Assembly: GCA_963777605.1 (NCBI GenBank)
Contig: CAVZRV010000011.1
Location: 160,001-224,000 of the forward strand
Direction of reading: 5' to 3'
Length of the DNA: 64,000 nucleotides
From: an uncultured Acidobacteriota bacterium
Lineage (GTDB): Bacteria > Acidobacteriota > UBA6911 > RPQK01 > JAPXNP01
Shown: one piece after another, positions 30,351-39,307 of the stretch
How the letters are laid out: each line of letters opens with the position of its first letter
Position numbering within the stretch: position 1 is the first letter of the stretch
Program-made: the position numbers and the translations under genes
The notes under the pieces: generated by a model
The model's input: only the letters and a program-made list of their open reading frames with translations
Told to the model about the DNA's origin: nothing
The model's database searches: none

Positions 30351-31370
30351 ATGGCTGTCAAGTATAAGGACTATTACGAAATACTTGGGGTCGATCGGTC
30401 GTCCTCCAAGGAGGAGATTCGGAAGACCTATCGAAAACTCGCCCGTAAATATCACCCTGACGTAAACCAGGGCGACAAGACGGCAGAAGAGAAGTTCAAG
30501 GAAATCCAGGAAGCCTACGCCGTTCTGTCAAACCCCGAGAAGCGCCAGCGTTATGACCAATTGGGCAGCAACTGGGAACAAGGTGCCGAATTCACCCCAC
30601 CGCCAGGATGGGAGCGCGCGCACGTCAACTTCGGGAATGCTCAGGAATCCGGCGACATTTTTGGAGATGCAGGCGGCTTCAGTGACTTCTTCCAGTCGTT
30701 TTTTGGCGGGCTGGGTTTTGAGCAGGCCGGTCGATCGCCAAGGCGATCGACCAGTTCTCGAGGCGGTGACGTCGAGGCCGAGATCGAGCTTACTCTCGAA
30801 GACGTCCACCGGGGCGCCCGTCCCACCATTGCTGTAAAGATCGGTGAAGTCTGCACTCGTTGCGGCGGCCGCGGCACCCGAAAGCTGGCTCCTTGCCCCG
30901 CATGCGGCGGCACCGGTCAAACCGTAACCCGCAAGAAGATGACGGTCAGAATTCCTGCCGGAATGCGGGAGGGATCGGTCCTCAAACTGGCCGGGAAAGG
31001 AACCCGGCGGACTCCCAACGGACCAGCCGGAGACCTCTACCTGAAGATCAAGGTGCGCCGGCACCCCGCCCTCGAAATTGTCGGAACCAACGACCTTCAG
31101 GTTGAAGTTCCCATCGCTCCTTGGGAGGCGGCCCTGGGAGCCAAGGTGGAGGTACCAACTCTCGACGGTTCGGTCGAGATGACGGTTCCTCCCGGGACAC
31201 AGGGAGGAGCACGGCTTCGCCTCAGAGGACAGGGACTGACGATCCGTGAAGGCGGCCGGGGCGACCTGTTCGTTCGGGTCCGGATCGGTATTCCGGCTCA
31301 CCTCTCCTCGGAAGAGACGGAACTGCTCAAGCGCTGGGCCCAGGTTTCCCAGTTCAACCCCCGCAAGTAA
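30351..31370 (+). CDS. DnaJ/CbpA-type co-chaperone
   Basis: [16 protein letters not shown], two CxxCxGxG motifs, GDLYL, PWEAALG, GDLFV. Confidence 0.93.
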   Translation: MAVKYKDYYEILGVDRSSSKEEIRKTYRKLARKYHPDVNQGDKTAEEKFKEIQEAYAVLSNPEKRQRYDQLGSNWEQGAEFTPPPGWERAHVNFGNAQESGDIFGDAGGFSDFFQSFFGGLGFEQAGRSPRRSTSSRGGDVEAEIELTLEDVHRGARPTIAVKIGEVCTRCGGRGTRKLAPCPACGGTGQTVTRKKMTVRIPAGMREGSVLKLAGKGTRRTPNGPAGDLYLKIKVRRHPALEIVGTNDLQVEVPIAPWEAALGAKVEVPTLDGSVEMTVPPGTQGGARLRLRGQGLTIREGGRGDLFVRVRIGIPAHLSSEETELLKRWAQVSQFNPRK

Positions 31371-31373
31371 CAG

Positions 31374-31402
31374 AAAAGGGCGGCTCGACGGGCCGCCCTT
31401 TT
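31374..31402. terminator. bidirectional Rho-independent terminator
   Basis: AAAAGGGCGGCTC-GAC-GGGCCGCCCTTTT between the convergent dnaJ and oxidoreductase genes. Confidence 0.85.
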
Positions 31403-31430
31403 GGCTTCTACTGATTCCTGAGAAGCTGAT

Positions 31431-32786
31431 TCAGGCTTTCTCGGTTCCCGGAACCGGAATGACTGCCTTCATATCAAGTGGTCCCAGTTCATAAGTCTGG
31501 GGGCCGAGTTGCAGACTCGAAGCCATCATCTCGTCCCACGTGGTCTGCTTGCCGGTGTAGGCGGAGATGCGGCCCATGATCGCCGTCAGCGTCGAAACGG
31601 CGGTATTCTTGGCCTCATTCAGAGGCTTCCCGGTCCGAATCGCCGTCACGAGGTCGATGTGCTCCTGCACGTAAGGCGAGTTCACGCCACCTTCTTCCGC
31701 GCTCTCCGCTCCCGCGCCAGCCGGCGGCTGCCAGGTCCAGACGACCGACCCGTCCGGTCCATAGATGGTGTCCTTACAGTTGGTCGAGCCCTTCGATCCG
31801 ACAAGGTACTCAGACACGTTGTTCACGCAGCCGTCGATCTGACGGCACATGCTCATCGTGTGCATCCCATTTTCCAGCTCGAAGTCAATTGCGAAGAAGT
31901 CATACTGATCGCCCGTTACGCGTCGCTGTCTCCCGCCCATGCCGACTGCCGAAACCGGGTGAGAGTTGGTGAACCAGTTGATGACGTCAATGTTGTGGAC
32001 GTGCTGTTCTACGATGTGGTCTCCGGAAAGCCAGCACCAGTTGACCCAGTCGCGAATCGCCCACTCCATGTCGGACCAGCCCTTTTCGTGCTCCTTGTAC
32101 CAGAGCTGTCCCTGGTTCCAGTAGCATCGGGCCGCGACCAGTTCGCCGATTGCTCCATCCATGATCCGGTTGTAGGTTTCGATATAGGAGGTCTCGTGGC
32201 GCCGCTGCGTTCCAGTCGCAACTTTCAGGCCGGCTGCTTCCGCCTTTTCACCGGAGTCCATGATTGAGCGAGCACCCACCGGGTCCACGCAGACCGGCTT
32301 TTCCATGAAGACGTTCTTTTTGGCCTCCACCGCAGCCTTGAACATGGCCGGGCGGAAATGGGGTGGGGTAGCCAGGATGACATAGTTGACGTCGGCTGCG
32401 AGAGCTTTCTCGAAAGCATCGAAACCGATAAAACACTGATCATCCGCGACCTCGACACCCTTCTGCTCCTTCAACTGCTTGCGGCAGTTCTCGAGCCGAT
32501 CGGTGAAGACATCGGCCAGCGCCACGATCGAAAGCCCCGGTCCGGCGTCCATGAAGTTCATCCCGGCGCCGGTTCCGCGACCGCCACATCCGATAAGGGC
32601 CGCTCGGATCGGTTCCCCGTCGGGAGCGCTGTTGGGCCCAACTTCTCGCTTCGGGCCAAGTGAAATCGCCTTTTCCTCGGGTGCACTCGAGGAACACGCT
32701 GCCAGAACGGCACCTGCAACGGCAGCCGTTCCGATGAAGCTCCTTCGATTCAGACCAGATTCCTGCTCCTTCTCACGATCACTCAT
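31431..32786 (-). CDS. Gfo/Idh/MocA oxidoreductase, Tat-exported lipoprotein
   Basis: NRRSFI twin-arginine signal with LAAC lipobox; GCGGRG Rossmann motif, ATPPHFR, MEKP, GTQRR, EQHVHNID. Confidence 0.92.
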   Translation of the reverse strand: MSDREKEQESGLNRRSFIGTAAVAGAVLAACSSSAPEEKAISLGPKREVGPNSAPDGEPIRAALIGCGGRGTGAGMNFMDAGPGLSIVALADVFTDRLENCRKQLKEQKGVEVADDQCFIGFDAFEKALAADVNYVILATPPHFRPAMFKAAVEAKKNVFMEKPVCVDPVGARSIMDSGEKAEAAGLKVATGTQRRHETSYIETYNRIMDGAIGELVAARCYWNQGQLWYKEHEKGWSDMEWAIRDWVNWCWLSGDHIVEQHVHNIDVINWFTNSHPVSAVGMGGRQRRVTGDQYDFFAIDFELENGMHTMSMCRQIDGCVNNVSEYLVGSKGSTNCKDTIYGPDGSVVWTWQPPAGAGAESAEEGGVNSPYVQEHIDLVTAIRTGKPLNEAKNTAVSTLTAIMGRISAYTGKQTTWDEMMASSLQLGPQTYELGPLDMKAVIPVPGTEKA

Positions 32787-32868
32787 ATTCCCTATTCTCC
32801 TTTCCCCCATTAATAATCGCGCGATCAACCCCCTGCCGCAAGCCCGATCGCCTTTTTAAGGCGAAAAC

Positions 32869-34401
32869 TCATTCCGGCGGCCCTTCGCGCACGATTCGGA
32901 ACCCGACATCGGTACAGTCCGAAAACCACCAAACGCTCTTGGGAGTCTGTGGGTCAGTCTTCATCCAGGCACGATGCCTTGTCATGTCACGTGCCCCCGA
33001 CCGCAGATCGAGTGGCTCGCTCTTAAATGACCCGCCTCGAACCACATGCTCGGCCGCTGACTCGGGTCCTCTTGGATCCTTGACAACTTGCCCCTCCGGC
33101 AGCTTCGCGAGGAATTCTGGGTCATACCAGGTCTGGCAGAACTCCCGAACGTTCCCGTACACGTTGTACAGTCCCCATGGGTTCGGCTTCTTGCTTTGGG
33201 CAGGCTGGGTCTTGTTCTTGCTGTTGGCACGATAGACGGCATACTCGCCCAGGACCTCTTCGTTGACAACCGCACCGCCCATAATCCGGCTCAGGAACCG
33301 ATCGTACCAGGAGGGCGCGGGCTCGTCAGACTCGAAGAAGTAAGCCGCGGTGGTTCCGGCGCGCGCAGCATATTCCCACTCAGCTTCGGTGGGCAGCCGG
33401 TAGGTTCGTCCGGTCCTGGCCGAAAGCCACTCGCAGTACTTGGTTGCCGCGTAGTGAGTCATCGTGATGGCCGGGCGCGAGCCTTTTCCCCACCCCTGGT
33501 CGGGAGAACCGTAAGGCGGCGTCGGCCCGGTAATGGCATCGGACTTCAATCCCTGTTCGTTCTTGCCCCGCGTGACCGTCTCCGAGTAGTAGGCGTCAAA
33601 TTCCCGCCAGGACACTTCGAACTTGCCCATCCAGAACCCGCCCAACTCCACGGACCGCTGCGGCCCTTCGTCGGGCTGGTGCCCCGGTTCGGAATCCGGC
33701 GTCCCCATGTTGAAGGTTCCGGCTGGAATCGCGACCATTTCAAACTTCACGTTGGTATTGGGGATTTCTTCGGTGTAGCTGACAAACGCACCGGGCTCGA
33801 TTTCAGAAATCAGCGGCTCGGTCGGGCCGACCTCTTCTTCCGTCACCTCTTCGGTGGGGAGATACTGCTCTTCGGCGCCTTCGTGGAAGTGCCCCGTCTT
33901 CAGGTGGCAGTTGATACACCGCAGTTCGTCACGATTCTTCCGGTAGTGAATGTGGGCATCGACGCCCTTGTTGTTCAGGTTGGGCGGGAAGAGTTCCTGG
34001 TGACAGTGTGTGCAGGATTCTTCGAAAGTATAGTGGGCCGCCTCCTCAATGGTCGATTTGAAATCCCAGTCGATTTTGCTCAGGTCCTTGAAGTAGTACC
34101 CATAGATATCACGCGCCCCCGCCTTTCCTTTCTCGACGATGTAGTCGATTCCTTCCGGGGGCAGGTGGCAGTCGACGCAACCAACAACCACGCCGCTCTC
34201 GTTCTTGTAGTGGGCTCCCTGCTTCCAGGTATCCGTTGCAAATGGGTGGACGTGGCAACTTTCACAATACTCATTCGTAGAGGTCGCCTTCATTCCGGCG
34301 TTGCCGAGGTAGATCAAACCGCTGGCCAGAATGACCCCCATCACAAGGCCAAGAAACAGCTTGCTTTTGAAAACGGAGAGCTTGAACAGACGCATTCTCA
34401 T
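32869..34401 (-). CDS. membrane-anchored tetraheme NapC/NirT-type cytochrome c fused to an FGE-sulfatase-fold domain
   Basis: N-terminal TM helix; CESCH, CVDCH, CTHCH, CINCH; then GTFNMG, DEGP, EVSW, RLPTEAEWEYAARAG, PNPWGLYNVYGNVRE, RGGS, VGFR. Confidence 0.9.
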   Translation of the reverse strand: MRMRLFKLSVFKSKLFLGLVMGVILASGLIYLGNAGMKATSTNEYCESCHVHPFATDTWKQGAHYKNESGVVVGCVDCHLPPEGIDYIVEKGKAGARDIYGYYFKDLSKIDWDFKSTIEEAAHYTFEESCTHCHQELFPPNLNNKGVDAHIHYRKNRDELRCINCHLKTGHFHEGAEEQYLPTEEVTEEEVGPTEPLISEIEPGAFVSYTEEIPNTNVKFEMVAIPAGTFNMGTPDSEPGHQPDEGPQRSVELGGFWMGKFEVSWREFDAYYSETVTRGKNEQGLKSDAITGPTPPYGSPDQGWGKGSRPAITMTHYAATKYCEWLSARTGRTYRLPTEAEWEYAARAGTTAAYFFESDEPAPSWYDRFLSRIMGGAVVNEEVLGEYAVYRANSKNKTQPAQSKKPNPWGLYNVYGNVREFCQTWYDPEFLAKLPEGQVVKDPRGPESAAEHVVRGGSFKSEPLDLRSGARDMTRHRAWMKTDPQTPKSVWWFSDCTDVGFRIVREGPPE

Positions 34402-34496
34402 ATCCCGGTCCAGATTCCCTTCCAGAAACTGCTAAGTTCGCAGGATTCTCCCACAATAAAAAACACGGGAAAGTTTCACCGATTTCGAGAATCCGG

Positions 34497-35528
34497 TCAA
34501 GAAGGAAAGCCGCCCGACTCGATCAAGGCTGCCTTTCCATCAGTTGAGGTCCGGGAGATTCGGGCTTCCACCCCTGCCATCCGCTCGACCAGTCTCAACC
34601 CGCTTTCCGCAGGAAGAACACTGAGGGCAGTTGCCAGCGCATCCGCTGTCGCCCCGTCAGGGGCGATGACCGTTACCGTACCGGCATGCCTGACGCCGAT
34701 TCCCGTTCGCGGATCGACAATATGGGAATAACGCTCCCCCCCGACTTCGACGAACTGGTAGTAGTCGCCGGAAGTGGCCACCGCACAATTCGACAGAAGA
34801 ATCGTGGACCTGCTTTTCGCCTCGTCCTGAATCTCCACTCGCCAGCCAGGCTTACCCGGAGGAGGTTCCCCCAGCCGAAGATCCCCGCCCACGTCGATCA
34901 GGGCCCGCGTGATGCCGTGTTCATTCAACACCTGGAGGGCTTTGTCGGCGGCCCAGCCCTTGCCGATGCCGCCAAAATCGAGGCGCATCCCCGGAGCCGC
35001 GAGACGGACGGCCTGTGTTCGAGGGTTGAGAAGAACCTTGTCGTATCCGACCTTCGCAAGGGCCTCCTGAAGTGCACCGGCATCGGGCAGGCGGCCTGAA
35101 CGCCGGGCCTCACGCCAGAGTTCTACAACCGGCTTGACGGTGATATCGAATGCGCCACCGGTCAATCGAGCCAGCCGGAGACTGTCGTCAATGATCCGGT
35201 AGAGTTCTTCGCTGACCACCTTTGGGCGCACGGTCGCGATCGGTTCGACTTTTTCGAGTTCACTCTCTTCACGGTAGTCGCTGATCACCTGCTCGAGTTG
35301 ATCGACCCGCTCAAAAACCGCCCAGGACGATTCCCGAGCCACTTTCTCGTCCGGTGCGAATAGGACAATCCGCAACTCGGTGCCCATGCAGCGGCCGTGA
35401 TACTCGAATCGATGGAGCGGGCTCTTTCCGGATGCTGCGGCAAGACCGCAAAAGAGCAGCCAGAAAACGGCCGGGCCGTACCTCGTGCCAAGGCCGGTTC
35501 CTCGAGGAGATCGCATATACGAGGCCAT
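34497..35528 (-). CDS. apbE: FAD:protein FMN transferase ApbE
   Basis: MGT, TGGAFDITV, LDFGGIGKG, GGD, ATSGDY, YSHIVDPRTG, ADALATA; hydrophobic N-terminus. Confidence 0.95.
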   Translation of the reverse strand: MASYMRSPRGTGLGTRYGPAVFWLLFCGLAAASGKSPLHRFEYHGRCMGTELRIVLFAPDEKVARESSWAVFERVDQLEQVISDYREESELEKVEPIATVRPKVVSEELYRIIDDSLRLARLTGGAFDITVKPVVELWREARRSGRLPDAGALQEALAKVGYDKVLLNPRTQAVRLAAPGMRLDFGGIGKGWAADKALQVLNEHGITRALIDVGGDLRLGEPPPGKPGWRVEIQDEAKSRSTILLSNCAVATSGDYYQFVEVGGERYSHIVDPRTGIGVRHAGTVTVIAPDGATADALATALSVLPAESGLRLVERMAGVEARISRTSTDGKAALIESGGFPS

Positions 35529-36182
35529 TCACTCCCCTCCCAGCGAAAAGGAGACATACTTGATGGAGCGGCCGGCTTGGAGGTGCCGCTCCTCGAACGT
35601 TGTCCGGACTCCCAGCAATTCCTCTTCCGGTTCCTTGCTGTAGAGGTCGTCGGAAATCTCGTGGATCGTTCCTCCGACCTGGCCTACCGACTCCTGCATG
35701 TATTCGAACAGAAAACGATCGTCCGTCTTGACGTGAAGCCTGCCTCCTGGTCGTAGCAGGCTCCGGTATGTGCGGAGAAACTCGGGGGAGAGGAGACGGT
35801 GCTTAGCCTGTCTCCGCTTGGGCCGGGGATCAGGATAGGGCAACCAGATGGAATCGAGTTGCCCCTCGTCAAAGTAGAGCTTCAGGTCGTGAATGTCAGC
35901 CCGCAGGAAAGCCGCGTTGGTCAACCCTTCGCGCAAGGCCCTGGTTGCCGCAATCCAGAGCCGATCTCCCCTTCGGTCAATCCCCACCACGTTGAACGTG
36001 CGGTTGAGCCGGGCCAAGGCGAGCGTGTACTCTCCCTTTCCGCTTCCCAGTTCCAGAATCAGGGGCCGGTCGTTCTTGAAGTGCTTCTCGACCCACTCGC
36101 CACCGGGACCCGCGTCGTCCCGGTCGAAACTGTTCGGAAGTGTCGGGAGAGCTTCGAAGCGGAGCCTTTTCTTTCTCGCCAT
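35529..36182 (-). CDS. trmB: tRNA (guanine-N7)-methyltransferase
   Basis: LELGSGKGEY, YPDPRPK, KTD, TTFEER. Confidence 0.92.
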   Translation of the reverse strand: MARKKRLRFEALPTLPNSFDRDDAGPGGEWVEKHFKNDRPLILELGSGKGEYTLALARLNRTFNVVGIDRRGDRLWIAATRALREGLTNAAFLRADIHDLKLYFDEGQLDSIWLPYPDPRPKRRQAKHRLLSPEFLRTYRSLLRPGGRLHVKTDDRFLFEYMQESVGQVGGTIHEISDDLYSKEPEEELLGVRTTFEERHLQAGRSIKYVSFSLGGE

Positions 36183-36194
36183 CAAGCCGCCCGT

Positions 36195-39100
36195 TCAGGC
36201 TTCGGATGAAACCGCCCCTTCAACCAGTCGCTTGCTCCTTCGAACCGCCCCCATGAACATGACATATAAAGAGGGTACGACGAAAAGGGTCAACACGGTG
36301 GCAAAGCCGAGTCCAAAGATCACCGCAATCGCCATGCTGGCCCACCACTGGCTGGATTCACTCTTGGTCGCCCACTCCATCAGGTGAAAGTCATAGCTGA
36401 TCCCGCTCGCCATCGGCACCAGTCCCAGCAGTGTCGTGCCGGCTGAAAGAAGGACCGGTCGGAGCCGGACGGTGCCGGCCTGCACGGCAGCTTCAACCAG
36501 ACCCCGCCCCTGTTCCTCGAGCTGGCGTGCGTAATAAAGGAGCACGATCGCGTTGTTTACGACGACACCGGCCAGACTGATCACTCCGACCCCGGTCATG
36601 ATGATCGAGAAAGGCATGGCAAAGATCAGGAGTCCGATGAGCACGCCGATCAGGGACAGGACGACGGTCGTCATGATGATCAGCGGAATTACCAGGCTGT
36701 TGAACTGGGCGACGAGGATCAGCGTGATCCCAAGCACAGCGATCAGAAAGGCCCGGAACAAAAAGCTGGCGGCTTTGTCCTGCTCTTCCTTCTCTCCCGC
36801 ATAACGGATCTCGTATCCTGCAGGCAGTTCCAGCCCGGCAAGAATCTTTTGGACATCGACCAGCACCTCGTTGCTCAGTCGGCCCTCGGCATCTCCGGTC
36901 AGGGTTACCACCCGCCGCTGGTTAAGGTGCCGGACCGTCCCCATGCCACCGGTGTAGACGAACTCCCCAAAGGAACTGAGGGGCACGGCACGGCCCAGGC
37001 TGTTCGGAATTTGGAGCTGGAGCAGGTCATCCACGTCGAGCCGCTGCTCGACCGGAAGCCGGATGGTGATGTCGTACTCGTCCCGAAACTGCCGGTAGGT
37101 CCCCACCTTGTTTCCGAAGATCGCAGTCTTCAGGTAGTTCCCGACCACAGCCGTGTTCACACCCAACAGCATGGCCCGCTGTCGGTCAACGTTGAATGCC
37201 AACTCGGGACGGGACGCCTCATAATCGCTCTTCAGGTTGACCAGACCCGGCACGTTCTCGATTGCCCGCTCAGCTCGTTCACTGATTGTCGCCAGCGTCC
37301 GGAAGTCTTTCCCTATCAGTCGAACGGTTACTGCTGCGCCGGTCGGCGGACCCTGCTCTTCTGCCTTGACGTCGATCTCCACGCCGGGAAGATTGGAGAG
37401 ACGGTCCCGCAACTCGGCGATGATCTCAGACGACGGCCGTTTCCGGGTTTCGAAATCCTTGAAGATCAGTGTGATCTGCGCGGAGTTCGGTCCGGCGCTG
37501 CTGGGACCCAGACTTCCTCCGCCTCCTGAGAGCCCCACATTACTGACAAAGTGCTGGAGATTGTCCCGGTACGGAGCCAGTCGGGCTTCGACCTCCCGGG
37601 TAATCCGGTCGGTCTCTTCGATATTGGTTCCCTGGGGCAACCGAATATCGATGTTGGCCCGAACCGGGTCGAATTCGGGGAACAGAACCACGCCATGGTC
37701 CATCTTCCCGTAGAGGATAACCAGTGAGATCAGCGCAGTGACGGCGAGGATGAGGGTAACGAATCGATACTCGATTGCGATCCGGAGCAACCAGCGATAT
37801 CCCTTCAGAAGAAGCGGAAGTTCATCGGATTCCTTGGGAACACCCCCCGACAGGACCGAACAGACCGAGGGATTGATGATGAGAGCAACAAAGAGGGACG
37901 AGGTCAGCGTGACGATCAGTGTGATGGGCAAATACTTCATGAAGTCGCCCATGATGTCCGGCCAGAAGATCAGCGGAGCGAAAGCGACCAGGGTCGTCGC
38001 CGTCGAGGTGATCACCGGCCAGGCGACTTCCCCGGTTCCCAATTTTGCCGCCTCGATCCGACTATAACCGAGCTGGATGTGGCGGTAGATGTTCTCGACG
38101 ATTACGATCGCGTTGTCTACCAGCATCCCGAGCGCCATGATGAGGCTGAAAAGGACGATCATGTTGAGGGTGTAACCCATCAACTGGAGCACCGTGAAGG
38201 TGATCAGCATGCTCAGGGGAATCGCGAGCGCCACGATCGTGCTCGTGCGAAACCCCATGAAGAGTACCAGCACAACGACGACCAGGACCAGACCTGAAAG
38301 GATGTTGTTCTCCAGGTCTTTCACCATGGAGTTGATTTCTTTCGACTGGTCGAGGGTTATCTCGAACTTCACTCCCTGCGGGACTGCGCTGTGCGCCTCT
38401 TCGAGGATCCGGTCGATAGCAGCCTTGATCGGAACGATGTCGGCCCCTACCCGTTTCTGAACGCTCAAGGTCAAGCTCGGTGCCCCGTCCAGGCGGGAAT
38501 AGGTGGAACGGTCCTTGAAGGTGTCCCGGACCACTCCGATGTCGGAGAGGTAGATCGGTTTTCCGTTGACCACGGCCAGGATCAGGTGTTCGACGTCGTC
38601 CGGATTTTCGAACTCGCCCGGGACCCGGACGTTGAACTTGGTACCCGGAGTCTCCAGGCTGCCCGCCGAGACATTGACATTCTCGCTTGGCACCAGGGCA
38701 AGCAGTTGCGCCAGCGTAAGCCCGTAGGCAGCAAACCGGTCATGATCGACCTCAAGGCGAATTTCACGTTCCAGGCCGCCAAGGACGTCACAGTTCAAGA
38801 CCCCCGGGATCTCCTCGATGACATCCTCGAGTTCGTCGGCGATATCCTTGAGTCTAACCGGTGAAACGCCTCCATGGATGTTGATCAGGAAAATCGGGAA
38901 ATCAGCTACACTGATTTCCTTGATGGTGGGCTCTTCGGCGTCCTCGGGAATTTCACCCCGCACCTGGTCTACCTTGTCCCGAACGTACTGGAGCGCTTCT
39001 TCGATCCGGATATCGGGATAGAACTCGACGATAACATTGGAGATCCCTTCCGCACTGACCGAAGTGATCTCCTTAACCCCTTTAAGCCCGGCCAACTCCT

Positions 39101-39305
39101 TCTCGATCTTGATCGAGACAGCGGTCTCCACGTCTTCAGGGGACACCCCTTCGTATGGGGTAGTGATCACGACAAAGGGAATCGGAACGTCCGGAGCACC
39201 CTCCCGGGGAAGCGTGGCGTAGCTGTACACTCCGGTCACCACGATAAGCAGGATCAGGACCCATACTACAACCCGGTTGTCGATGGCAGCATCGGAGAGA
39301 ATCAC
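36195..39305 (-). CDS. RND efflux permease (AcrB/AcrD/AcrF family)
   Basis: 1036 aa with 12-TM layout; GMLVDNAIVIVEN, AFAPL, GVVVNNAIV, RLRPVLL, GLVPM. Confidence 0.93.
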   Translation of the reverse strand: MILSDAAIDNRVVVWVLILLIVVTGVYSYATLPREGAPDVPIPFVVITTPYEGVSPEDVETAVSIKIEKELAGLKGVKEITSVSAEGISNVIVEFYPDIRIEEALQYVRDKVDQVRGEIPEDAEEPTIKEISVADFPIFLINIHGGVSPVRLKDIADELEDVIEEIPGVLNCDVLGGLEREIRLEVDHDRFAAYGLTLAQLLALVPSENVNVSAGSLETPGTKFNVRVPGEFENPDDVEHLILAVVNGKPIYLSDIGVVRDTFKDRSTYSRLDGAPSLTLSVQKRVGADIVPIKAAIDRILEEAHSAVPQGVKFEITLDQSKEINSMVKDLENNILSGLVLVVVVLVLFMGFRTSTIVALAIPLSMLITFTVLQLMGYTLNMIVLFSLIMALGMLVDNAIVIVENIYRHIQLGYSRIEAAKLGTGEVAWPVITSTATTLVAFAPLIFWPDIMGDFMKYLPITLIVTLTSSLFVALIINPSVCSVLSGGVPKESDELPLLLKGYRWLLRIAIEYRFVTLILAVTALISLVILYGKMDHGVVLFPEFDPVRANIDIRLPQGTNIEETDRITREVEARLAPYRDNLQHFVSNVGLSGGGGSLGPSSAGPNSAQITLIFKDFETRKRPSSEIIAELRDRLSNLPGVEIDVKAEEQGPPTGAAVTVRLIGKDFRTLATISERAERAIENVPGLVNLKSDYEASRPELAFNVDRQRAMLLGVNTAVVGNYLKTAIFGNKVGTYRQFRDEYDITIRLPVEQRLDVDDLLQLQIPNSLGRAVPLSSFGEFVYTGGMGTVRHLNQRRVVTLTGDAEGRLSNEVLVDVQKILAGLELPAGYEIRYAGEKEEQDKAASFLFRAFLIAVLGITLILVAQFNSLVIPLIIMTTVVLSLIGVLIGLLIFAMPFSIIMTGVGVISLAGVVVNNAIVLLYYARQLEEQGRGLVEAAVQAGTVRLRPVLLSAGTTLLGLVPMASGISYDFHLMEWATKSESSQWWASMAIAVIFGLGFATVLTLFVVPSLYVMFMGAVRRSKRLVEGAVSSEA

Positions 39306-39307
39306 GG

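Noticed and set aside
32869-33800. Calling the FGE-fold domain a formylglycine-generating (sulfatase-activating) enzyme
   Set aside because: The catalytic cysteine pair after RGGS is absent and there is no sulfatase nearby.
33088-34731. 547-aa plus-strand ORF, and similar long antisense ORFs (18329-19351, 25447-26415, 40757-41770, 52182-53192, 53590-54828)
   Set aside because: Each is the shadow of a well-supported gene on the opposite strand. They have no motifs or SD and are expected from GC-rich codon bias.
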